The notes under the pieces are model-generated. The model worked only from the letters and a program-made list of their open reading frames with translations, did no database searches and was not told where the DNA came from. A stretch of DNA of 40,905 nucleotides, from NCBI GenBank assembly GCA_964587325.1, contig CAZPLI010000003.1, positions 1 through 40,905 of the forward strand, given 5' to 3'. A program made the position numbers and the translations under genes. This DNA is from an uncultured Thermofilaceae archaeon (GTDB lineage Archaea > Thermoproteota > Thermoprotei > Thermofilales > JAPDKD01). This document shows, piece after piece, positions 25,851 to 32,891 of this stretch (its first letter is position 1; every line of letters starts with the position of its first letter).

Positions 25851-26717
25851 TTAAAGTCCGAAATTTACCGCTATTATATATGTGGCTAGAGCTAATGTCG
25901 CCGGTATTGGAAGAGCAGGGAGTACGGGTCGGCGGCGTAGTAATCTTAATGTGAGATAATTGCCTAGTGTTAGTGAGATTGAGACGGCAAGCCAACGAGT
26001 AATGCTAAGGTAGGGATGTGAGAACGCGAGAGATGCTATCATAGAGTAGAAAATGATGTCACCCAGACCGATACTTAAACCCCGGAATGGTACAACGACC
26101 CATCTCAGCTCTCGAGGAAGTTCACCGCTAACTCCGTCCTTGCTAGGCTTAGGAAGTATTTTACTTAAAGGACCTCTAAATACAGAGTAAATATCGAAGA
26201 TTGATGCAGTCAGTGCTATCGCGATTATGCTTGAAGGAGGGATCAAGCAGGAAAGTAAAGCTCCCGTGAAGCTACCTAAGATAAGGATAGTAGCGGCGGC
26301 TAGAGATCTCCACCTGCCAAGTGCCACTAATGCAACACTCAATAGCGAACCAAAGAGCGAAGCCATTAAGATTAACTCGTCACTTGTCCTAAGACCAAAA
26401 GCAATAGCCGCAGCATCAAGGTATATTGTGAGAATGGTGAACATTGTTGTGGTTATTGCGAAGGCGAATATTACCTGTAATGCTTTCTGCCTTAGTCTGT
26501 ATACTAGTAGTAGCAGTATACTACCAGTCAGTAAGAGTACGAGGAAAAATATTGTATTAGAGACCGTGGATAGAGGGTCTTCGCCTTTCACAAAGGGGCC
26601 TTCTAGCTCATACGCTAAGCCAGACGTTGTCAAGAGTAGGCATGCAGCGCCTCCTAACACGGTTGAGGCAAAGGCGGGAATTGCGTGAAGCGGAGTTATT
26701 GTTTTTCGTTCAGTCAA
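25851..26717 (-). CDS. Presenilin/signal-peptide-peptidase-like GxGD intramembrane aspartyl protease (archaeal PSH, peptidase A22)
   Basis: Polytopic protein with IFDIYSVF (YD-type motif), GLGDIIFYS (GxGD, nearly identical to presenilin GLGDFIFYS) and PALPIP (PAL motif), in the canonical order. Confidence 0.85.
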   Translation of the reverse strand: MTERKTITPLHAIPAFASTVLGGAACLLLTTSGLAYELEGPFVKGEDPLSTVSNTIFFLVLLLTGSILLLLVYRLRQKALQVIFAFAITTTMFTILTIYLDAAAIAFGLRTSDELILMASLFGSLLSVALVALGRWRSLAAATILILGSFTGALLSCLIPPSSIIAIALTASIFDIYSVFRGPLSKILPKPSKDGVSGELPRELRWVVVPFRGLSIGLGDIIFYSMIASLAFSHPYLSITRWLAVSISLTLGNYLTLRLLRRRPVLPALPIPATLALATYIIAVNFGL

Positions 26718-26729
26718 GCCCTGACCCCA

Positions 26730-26999
26730 TTAAGCTGGAGCAGGGCCTAGTAGCGTCGTAGTCTTAAGAACCCCCTCTATTTCTCTTATTTTAGTTACGG
26801 CTCTATCGAGCTTCCGCATGCTGTCTACCACAAGTCTTGCTACTACATCGTATTCTCCATAAACTACCAACGCTTCAGTCACGCCGTCTATCTGCTTAAT
26901 CTCCTCTGCTACCTCGTACTCTTTGCCTCCCATGACGTTAAGCAGCACATACGCCACAATCTTTTCGTTGCCGCCCATTTTTCCACCGCACACGCTCAT
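26730..26999 (-). CDS. Stand-alone Lrp/AsnC-type ligand-binding (RAM) domain protein
   Basis: AYVLLNVMGGKEYEVAEEIKQIDGVTEALVVYGEYDVVARLVV...LKTTTLL is the typical RAM-domain pattern. The true start may be an internal Met. Confidence 0.7.
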   Translation of the reverse strand: MSVCGGKMGGNEKIVAYVLLNVMGGKEYEVAEEIKQIDGVTEALVVYGEYDVVARLVVDSMRKLDRAVTKIREIEGVLKTTTLLGPAPA

Positions 27000-27028
27000 G
27001 CCCTAGACCATATTATAGCTTAGCCTGC

Positions 27029-27487
27029 TCAGAGCAATAGAACTAGGGTGACTATCACGCACCCATAAGTTCCATCTGGCACTTTAAGCTCTCTCACACG
27101 CATCTTTACCCACTGAAGACGCATTCCTGAAGACCGCTCTACCTCCTGAATCATGCCGTTGAGGGCTTGCTTTACTTCCTCCTCGCCTTTACCATGAGTC
27201 TCTATGACGTACCCGTGTTTGTCTCCCATACCCCATGCTAGCCCAGCCGCTATAGTTTCGCCTGGACCCCCCTCAGCTTTAGCCATTATCACGAACGTTA
27301 TTGTGCCCGGTGGTATCTCTACAGGCTCTACCTCGACAGCTCCCTTGGGTAGGATAGAGGATACGGGGACTAAGTTTAAGTGCGCTATGCCTGCGTCGCG
27401 TAGGGCATTATCGAAGGCGTTAAGTGGCGAGACTGAGCTTAGACCCGCGCCCTCGACGACGAAATATTTCTTAGGTGTCAGCCACAT
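27029..27487 (-). CDS. pdaD: Pyruvoyl-dependent arginine decarboxylase
   Basis: GAGLSSVSPLNAFDNALRDAGIAHLNLVPVSSILP includes the self-cleaving SS site. I prefer the Met at 27487 (MWLTPKKYF) over the ORF-track start at 27520. Confidence 0.85.
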   Translation of the reverse strand: MWLTPKKYFVVEGAGLSSVSPLNAFDNALRDAGIAHLNLVPVSSILPKGAVEVEPVEIPPGTITFVIMAKAEGGPGETIAAGLAWGMGDKHGYVIETHGKGEEEVKQALNGMIQEVERSSGMRLQWVKMRVRELKVPDGTYGCVIVTLVLLL

Positions 27488-27568
27488 AGCTGGTCGACGC
27501 GTAGACAAGTGATTTAGCAATAAGGTTTTCGCATTCCGGTGTAGGGGGCGTGACCCGAGGGGTAATGC

Positions 27569-28927
27569 GTGTACACGGTAATCGTTAGGTCCAAAAAAGA
27601 TAGGGACGCCGTTAATGTAACCATCAGAAAGTACTATAGCGAATGGGGTATTGAGCTGCTCACATTAAAGGGCGCGAGAACGCCTGAGAAGGCTAGAGAT
27701 TTACTGCTCGATATCGCCGAGAACAGTAATACTTTTGTCATAGTGTTGCTCGGACGCGAGGACAGGGAAATGGCTAGGGCTCTAAATGAGATGCTACCTC
27801 CTACAGCCGTAGCCCATGTAGTTCCTAGAGCGAGAGTAAGGAACGCTCGGCCTGCAACAATATTCAAAGAGACTGAGAAGGCACGAGCGACGATAAGACT
27901 TGCCGCCGCCTGGGACCCTGAGAATAACGTTTACGTGCTAGATCGTAATGCTGGCGTAGGACTTGAAGGCTATGGCTATAGCCCAGCTTACGATGATTTC
28001 TTTGCTCTGGGAGAGGAATTTGCTGTATCACTGGGCAGCGTACTAGGAAGCAAACCCGGCCTTAACTCACTGATTCTGAGGAAAATGGGCGGGCTTCACG
28101 TTGTGTACTCTGGCAAAAGAGTATTTGGAACTCTTCACATTCCGGACACAGGATGCTCTCCTCGGGGCTTTATTAGGCGCGATGTTGAGCCTATTGATGT
28201 AGAGCTTAACAATCTATTAGAGTTCAATAGGCACGTTATCGAGGGCTTCCTGAAGGTTTCGCTCAATTTTTTGTCGAGGTTCAAGGGGGCTTATGACACT
28301 ATAGCTGTGCCGTGGAGCGGAGGCAAAGATAGTACTGCTGCGCTGCTACTAGCACTAAAAGTATTTGGGCATAAGCGTGTCATAGCGGTTTATGTTGATA
28401 CGGGAGTTGATTTTCCACAGAATAGGGAGTACGTTGAGAAGATAGCTAAGAGACTTTCAGTGCGTTTATTGAGCGTTAATGTTAGCGTGAGAAATGGTCT
28501 GGAAAAAGAGGGCCTCCCTCTTCCTACTCATAATAACAGATGGTGTACAGCACGTAAAGTGGAGGCTTTAAAAAGTGCGTTAAGGACGTTGCCCGGCCGA
28601 GTGCTAGTGATATTAGGAGATCGAGACTCCGAGTCCGAGGCCAGATCGAGAAGGCCTCCTGTGAGGAGCGAGGAGGGTAGAACGCTTGTGGCTCCTCTCA
28701 AGCAGTGGGCAACAGCTCACGTTCAGCTTTTCCTCCTAATGGAGGGGGTCCCTTTAAACCCTCTGTACTACGTTGGCTTTTACAGACTAGGTTGTTACAT
28801 TTGCCCTGCGCTTAGGAGTTGGGAGACGTACCTTATGTCTAAGGCTCCATGTATAAGAGATAAGTTAGGTGACGACCCCTTATTTAGAGCCTTTATGAAG
28901 CATAGAGGTTGCGAGGACTTTATCTAG
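27569..28927 (+). CDS. PAPS-reductase-family PP-loop protein with an uncharacterised N-terminal domain of about 240 aa
   Basis: VPWSGGKDSTAALLL (PP-loop), NRWCTARKVEAL (the CC..LK..PL-equivalent region), and LGCYICP near the C-terminus. I recognise no motif in the N-terminal half. GTG start. Confidence 0.65.
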   Translation: MYTVIVRSKKDRDAVNVTIRKYYSEWGIELLTLKGARTPEKARDLLLDIAENSNTFVIVLLGREDREMARALNEMLPPTAVAHVVPRARVRNARPATIFKETEKARATIRLAAAWDPENNVYVLDRNAGVGLEGYGYSPAYDDFFALGEEFAVSLGSVLGSKPGLNSLILRKMGGLHVVYSGKRVFGTLHIPDTGCSPRGFIRRDVEPIDVELNNLLEFNRHVIEGFLKVSLNFLSRFKGAYDTIAVPWSGGKDSTAALLLALKVFGHKRVIAVYVDTGVDFPQNREYVEKIAKRLSVRLLSVNVSVRNGLEKEGLPLPTHNNRWCTARKVEALKSALRTLPGRVLVILGDRDSESEARSRRPPVRSEEGRTLVAPLKQWATAHVQLFLLMEGVPLNPLYYVGFYRLGCYICPALRSWETYLMSKAPCIRDKLGDDPLFRAFMKHRGCEDFI

Positions 28928-28946
28928 TGCCAATGGACGGCTATTA

Positions 28947-29004
28947 GGGGGATGAAGAAGCCGTCCCAGCAAGAGCGGTGATAGCCTCGCGACGAACAGA
29001 CCCC
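28947..29004 (+). ncRNA. Candidate box C/D sRNA (58 nt) with degenerate D', C' and D boxes
   Basis: GGGGG-AUGAAGA(C)-AGCCGUCCCAGC-AAGA(D')-GCG-GUGAUAG(C')-CCUCGCGACGAA-CAGA(D)-CCCC. It has exact 12-nt spacing and a 4-bp GC terminal stem, and lies directly upstream of the tRNA-Tyr promoter. Confidence 0.4.
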
Positions 29005-29018
29005 GCAGGGGAGCAAAG

Positions 29019-29026
29019 CTTATAAT
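29019..29026 (+). promoter_or_regulatory. TATA box of the tRNA-Tyr gene
   Basis: CTTATAAT is centred about 29 nt upstream of tRNA position 1 (29052), which is the usual archaeal promoter geometry. Confidence 0.6.
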
Positions 29027-29051
29027 GTCCACAGCAGAGGACACAAGTGGG

Positions 29052-29187
29052 CCCCCCGTAGCTCAGCGGAAGAGCGGCCGGCTGTAGCCCTAGGCCCGCG
29101 GTGGATAAGGCCCAAGGCCCAACATGAAACCGCGGCAGCCGGCCAGAAACCGGCAGGTCCCGGGTTCAAATCCCGGCGGGGGGACCA
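29052..29187 (+). tRNA. tRNA-Tyr (anticodon GUA) with a 61-nt intron at the canonical 37/38 position; CCA encoded
   Basis: Hand-folded. The acceptor is CCCCCCG/CGGGGGG (C1-G72, the archaeal/eukaryal Tyr identity pair) and the D arm is GCUC-AGCGGAA-GAGC. The anticodon stem is GCCGG/CCGGC with loop CU-GUA-G|intron|A. The T arm is CCGGG-UUCAAAU-CCCGG, followed by A73 and CCA. Confidence 0.9.
29088..29148 (+). other. tRNA-Tyr intron
   Basis: This 61-nt segment lies between G37 and A38. It contains two copies of the palindrome CCGCGG, a tandem AGGCCCA-AGGCCCA, and a GCCGGC that can pair with the anticodon-stem GCCGGC to form a splice helix. Confidence 0.8.
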
Positions 29188-29233
29188 GTGCGCTTAATAG
29201 TGCCTCTAGGCGTGGTTCTTATGGGCGTGTATC

Positions 29234-30280
29234 TTGAAGGAGGCCCGTTTCTACGAGAGACTCGAAGAGGGTCTTGTAAAGTGTAAACTCTGTCCTCATG
29301 AGTGCATTATCAAGCCTGGTCATTACGGTGTATGTAAGGCTAGGAGGAATGTTGATGGCAAGCTGATTGCTATGACCTATGGCCGCGTAACGGCTATGTG
29401 GAACGATCCTATCGAGAAAAAACCGCTATTTCATTGGAATCCAGGCAGCTATACGTTCAGCATAAGCTCGGCCGGTTGCAACTTCAAGTGCCCGTGGTGC
29501 CAGAACTGGGAGATTTCTCAGAGAAGTATTGAGGAAGTCACTAGTGTTGAGCTACGGCCAGAAGATGTGGTAAAGTATGCTAAGGCGTACAGGGCTCCGT
29601 CTATATCGTATACATACAACGAGCCGCTAATATGGTTTGAGTACACGCTAGACGTAATGAAGATTGCAAAGAAAGAAGGGATTGGCAATGTAGTGGTCAC
29701 TAATGGCTTCATAAATGAGGAGCCCTTGAGGGAGCTTCTCCCATACCTGGATGCCGCAAATGTCGATGTGAAGGCCTTTAACGAAGAGACCTATCGGAAA
29801 GTAATCAAAGGAAGACTTGATGTCGTGCTAAATACGATAGAGGCTATGGCAGACGCTGGCGTACACGTAGAAACTACCTACTTAGTGATACCGGGGCTAA
29901 ACGATAATCTCGAGGAGTTTAAAGCGCTCGTCCGCTGGCAGCTAGATACCCTAGGACCCGACGCTCCATTACACATAAGCCGCTTTTACCCGCAGTACAA
30001 GTATACGCATGTAAGCCCAACGCCTATTGAGATCTTGGAGAAGTTAAGACAGACTGCGATAGACGAGGGGCTAAACTACGTGTATCTAGGCAATGTCCCT
30101 GGACATCCCGGTGAGCACACGTACTGTCCTAAGTGTGGCAGGTTGATCATAGAGCGTTGGGGGTTCTCAATAGTCGAGTGGGCACTTACCGAGCAGATGG
30201 AGTGCAAGTACTGTGGAGCCAAAATAGCCATTCGAGGTAAGTACTGGGGCTCGACGGGGCATGGCAGACTCTTTGTCTAA
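29234..30280 (+). CDS. AmmeMemoRadiSam-system-type radical SAM enzyme (PflA-like, COG1180)
   Basis: The N-terminus is KCKLCPHECIIKPGHYGVCKARRN and the radical SAM cluster is CNFKCPWCQNWE. The C-terminal CPKCG...CKYCG forms a Cys pair. TTG start. Confidence 0.8.
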   Translation: MKEARFYERLEEGLVKCKLCPHECIIKPGHYGVCKARRNVDGKLIAMTYGRVTAMWNDPIEKKPLFHWNPGSYTFSISSAGCNFKCPWCQNWEISQRSIEEVTSVELRPEDVVKYAKAYRAPSISYTYNEPLIWFEYTLDVMKIAKKEGIGNVVVTNGFINEEPLRELLPYLDAANVDVKAFNEETYRKVIKGRLDVVLNTIEAMADAGVHVETTYLVIPGLNDNLEEFKALVRWQLDTLGPDAPLHISRFYPQYKYTHVSPTPIEILEKLRQTAIDEGLNYVYLGNVPGHPGEHTYCPKCGRLIIERWGFSIVEWALTEQMECKYCGAKIAIRGKYWGSTGHGRLFV

Positions 30281-30342
30281 CTTTTAGATAGTTAAACGAT
30301 TGTTCTCTCTTAGCATTAGCTTATATGGGGTGTATCTGAACG

Positions 30343-31056
30343 GTGACTACCGTGGTACAGATACTAGTGGACAGGAGAGAGCTACGCTCAGAGGTTCCCA
30401 AACTATTAGAGAACCTTGGAGCGAAAATAGTGGTGGAAGACTTAGACATTGCTGACTATGTATGCGGGACTATAGGTATTGAGAGAAAGACGGCACATGA
30501 CTTCCTGTCGTCTATAGTTGACAAAAGGCTTTTTGAACAGGCAAGGGATCTCCTAAAGGCTTACCAGAAGGCTGTCGTAATCATAGAGGGTAGCCTTGAT
30601 AGAGCACTTAAGTACAGGAAAATCAAGCAGCCGCAGGCCTATGGTGCATTGGCTGCTCTGTTCGATATGGGCGTCTCCGTCCTTAATAGTACGGGACCTC
30701 TTGAGACAGCTTGGATAGTATTCTCTATAGCTCGGAGGCAGGAGAAGAAAGAGGATAGAAAGTACCTACCGCCTGTCAAGATTAAGGTACCACGCTACAA
30801 TAAGGGTGTTGCAGCAGTGCAACTAAACATGGTGGCGTCTATACCCGGTATAAACGTAGAACTTGCGCACAGAATACTTTCTTACTTCGGTACGCCTCGT
30901 AAGTTCTTTAAGGCTTCAAGCTCTGAGCTTAGGCGCGTACCCGGGCTAGGAGACAAGAGAGTTAAGAAGATCATAGAAGTCCTAGATACCGATTACCGCA
31001 TAGCGTGCATGCTAGACAAGACCCTAGACAACTTTTTAAAGAGAGAGAAGGTCTAA
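30343..31056 (+). CDS. xpf: Short (crenarchaeal-type) XPF/ERCC4 nuclease with a (HhH)2 domain
   Basis: The ERCC4 core is VDRRE...IADYV...IERKTAHDFLSSIVDKRLFEQ. The HhH pair is IPGINVELAHRIL...VPGLGDKRVKKI. The C-terminal DKTLDNFL is PIP-box-like. GTG start. There is no helicase domain. Confidence 0.85.
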   Translation: MTTVVQILVDRRELRSEVPKLLENLGAKIVVEDLDIADYVCGTIGIERKTAHDFLSSIVDKRLFEQARDLLKAYQKAVVIIEGSLDRALKYRKIKQPQAYGALAALFDMGVSVLNSTGPLETAWIVFSIARRQEKKEDRKYLPPVKIKVPRYNKGVAAVQLNMVASIPGINVELAHRILSYFGTPRKFFKASSSELRRVPGLGDKRVKKIIEVLDTDYRIACMLDKTLDNFLKREKV

Positions 31057-31075
31057 CACAGCCACAGGTGTCTAC

Positions 31076-31381
31076 ATGGCGGTTACTAAGGAGGCGGTAA
31101 TTAAGGCTCTGAAGAAGGTATACGACCCCGAAATTCCCATCAACATTGTTGACTTAGGCTTAGTATACGGGATCGATGTCTCAGATAATAAAGTTAAGAT
31201 TAGAATGACTATGACTGCTCCTGGTTGCCCCATGGCTTTCTACATTGTACATTTAGTGAAAGAAGTAGTCAAGCAGGAAGTACCTGAGGTAGAGGATGTG
31301 GAGGTTGAGCTTGTCTGGGATCCTCCATGGACTCCCGACAGGATGTCAGAGGAAGCCAAAAAGCTACTAGGCTTAGCTTAG
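31076..31381 (+). CDS. DUF59/MIP18-family Fe-S cluster assembly protein (SufT/PaaD-like)
   Basis: VYDPEIPINIVDLGLVY and MTMTAPGCPM motifs. Confidence 0.85.
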   Translation: MAVTKEAVIKALKKVYDPEIPINIVDLGLVYGIDVSDNKVKIRMTMTAPGCPMAFYIVHLVKEVVKQEVPEVEDVEVELVWDPPWTPDRMSEEAKKLLGLA

Positions 31382-31383
31382 AC

Positions 31384-31974
31384 TTGAAGAGCATTAATGC
31401 GAGTAGCTTGTATCCGCCTTCAGAGGACACTTTTGCAATAGCGCGAGTGATAGACTCCATTATCACATGGCAACCCAGTACTGCTTGCGACCTAGGATGC
31501 GGCACTGGGGTTCTCAGCGAAGTCCTCGGTGCAAGAGCAGATTACGTAGTGGCTGTGGACATAAGTTATGCTGCTGTTGCGCATACCCGTAGGCGCCTCC
31601 TTAAGCGTGGCATTGTGGCACACGACGCGGTGTGTTGTGACGCCTTAACAGCTTTCAGGCCCCACGCGTTTGATGTAGTTGTATCTAATCCGCCGTACCT
31701 ACCCTCCTGTGATGGCGATCCTAGGTGGGATGGAGGGCCTACGGGCGTAGAAGTTCCACTAATGTTCGTGGAGCAGGCAGCCTTAGCCCTTAAGCAGGGA
31801 GGTATAATGGTAGTAGCTGTCTCCTCTCTCTCCTCCGTTTCTCTATTCGAAAGAGGACTACGCAAGGCAAAATTTAGAGTGATCTACACTGCAAGAGCCC
31901 ATATGGGGCTTATGGAAGAGCTCTTAATATTCATCTTAAGGTCATCAAAGAGGGACTTGAACTATAATCGTTAA
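31384..31974 (+). CDS. HemK/Mtq2-like SAM-dependent methyltransferase (NPPY class)
   Basis: LYPPSEDTF, DLGCGTGVLS (motif I) and VVSNPPYLP (motif IV). I prefer the TTG at 31384, right after the DUF59 stop. The ORF-track ATG at 31327 would overlap DUF59 by 55 nt. Confidence 0.7.
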   Translation: MKSINASSLYPPSEDTFAIARVIDSIITWQPSTACDLGCGTGVLSEVLGARADYVVAVDISYAAVAHTRRRLLKRGIVAHDAVCCDALTAFRPHAFDVVVSNPPYLPSCDGDPRWDGGPTGVEVPLMFVEQAALALKQGGIMVVAVSSLSSVSLFERGLRKAKFRVIYTARAHMGLMEELLIFILRSSKRDLNYNR

Positions 31975-32062
31975 TGCTCAGCAGGGAGGTTTTCAGCTTT
32001 CACCTTAATATTGAGGAGCATACACTAGACCTGACTACAACTAATGAGAGGAGGGTCGCAGC

Positions 32063-32848
32063 TTGCTACGCGGACTACTAAAGCTAATGGGAGCCTATAA
32101 GCTCTACGAGTGGCTACTACTTCGCGAAATCAAGTCTGGCGTAATACCATCACACGTAGCGTTCATACTAGACGGGAATAGAAGGTGGGCGGAGTCGAAG
32201 GGACTCCCTCGCTGGGCAGGGTATGAATTTGGGGCTGAGAAGGCTGAGCGGGTAGTGGAATGGTGCTTCGAGCTCGGCATAAGGACAGTAACACTATACG
32301 TTCTCTCGACTGAAAACATTAGGAAAAGAAGGCCTGAAGAATTATCAAAAATATATGATGCCATAGTCAAGCACGCAGAAAAAGCCCTCAAAGAAGGAAA
32401 GCTCGAGAAGGAGGGAGTAAGAGTCAGAGTAATAGGGGTTAAAGAACTTCTTCCACACAGAGTAAGAGAAGCTCTCGAGAAACTCGAGGAGAGAACCAAG
32501 GGCAATTCTAAGTTCTTCCTCAACTTAGCAGTAGCCTACGGGGGACGAGCTGAGATCGCAAACGCGGCACGTAGGCTCGCAGAAGATGTCGCAGCAGGTA
32601 AAATTAGACCTGAGGACATAGACGAGAGCCTATTCTCTAAGTACCTCTTCACATCAGACTTGCCCCAACCCGACCCAGATCTGGTCATTAGGACTAGTGG
32701 AGAGTCTAGGGTGAGTAATTTCCTACTTTGGCAGATAGCATATAGCGAGTTAGTATTCCTTGACGTTTACTGGCCTGAGTTTAGAAAGATAGACCTACTT
32801 AGAGCTATAAGAGTATATCAGCAAAGGAAAAGAAGATTCGGAGCTTAA
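32063..32848 (+). CDS. uppS: cis-Prenyltransferase (undecaprenyl-diphosphate synthase family)
   Basis: HVAFILDGNRRWA and RTSGESRVSNFLLWQIAYSELVF. The start is the TTG at 32063 or the ATG at 32087. Confidence 0.9.
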   Translation: MLRGLLKLMGAYKLYEWLLLREIKSGVIPSHVAFILDGNRRWAESKGLPRWAGYEFGAEKAERVVEWCFELGIRTVTLYVLSTENIRKRRPEELSKIYDAIVKHAEKALKEGKLEKEGVRVRVIGVKELLPHRVREALEKLEERTKGNSKFFLNLAVAYGGRAEIANAARRLAEDVAAGKIRPEDIDESLFSKYLFTSDLPQPDPDLVIRTSGESRVSNFLLWQIAYSELVFLDVYWPEFRKIDLLRAIRVYQQRKRRFGA

Positions 32849-32891
32849 CATATAGTTTCAAGGACAAGTACGTGCTACTGGGGGGTGAGGG

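Noticed and set aside
29088-29148. The tRNA-Tyr intron might encode a C/D box guide RNA, as some archaeal tRNA-Trp introns do.
   Set aside because: The best box-like strings (GUGGAUA, AUGAAAC, CAGA) have several mismatches in the critical GA positions and lack a consistent C-12 nt-D geometry.
19550-30280. A PqqB-like MBL (19550-20398), a PqqD-like protein (24763-25161) and a radical SAM enzyme (29234-30280) might form a dispersed PQQ or RiPP biosynthetic cluster.
   Set aside because: The three genes are 4-5 kb apart and on different strands. Clear housekeeping genes separate them (S25e, hjc, pdaD, tRNA-Tyr). There is no PqqC. The radical SAM enzyme has AmmeMemoRadiSam-type features, not PqqE/SPASM-type. 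Shared family names are not evidence of a pathway.
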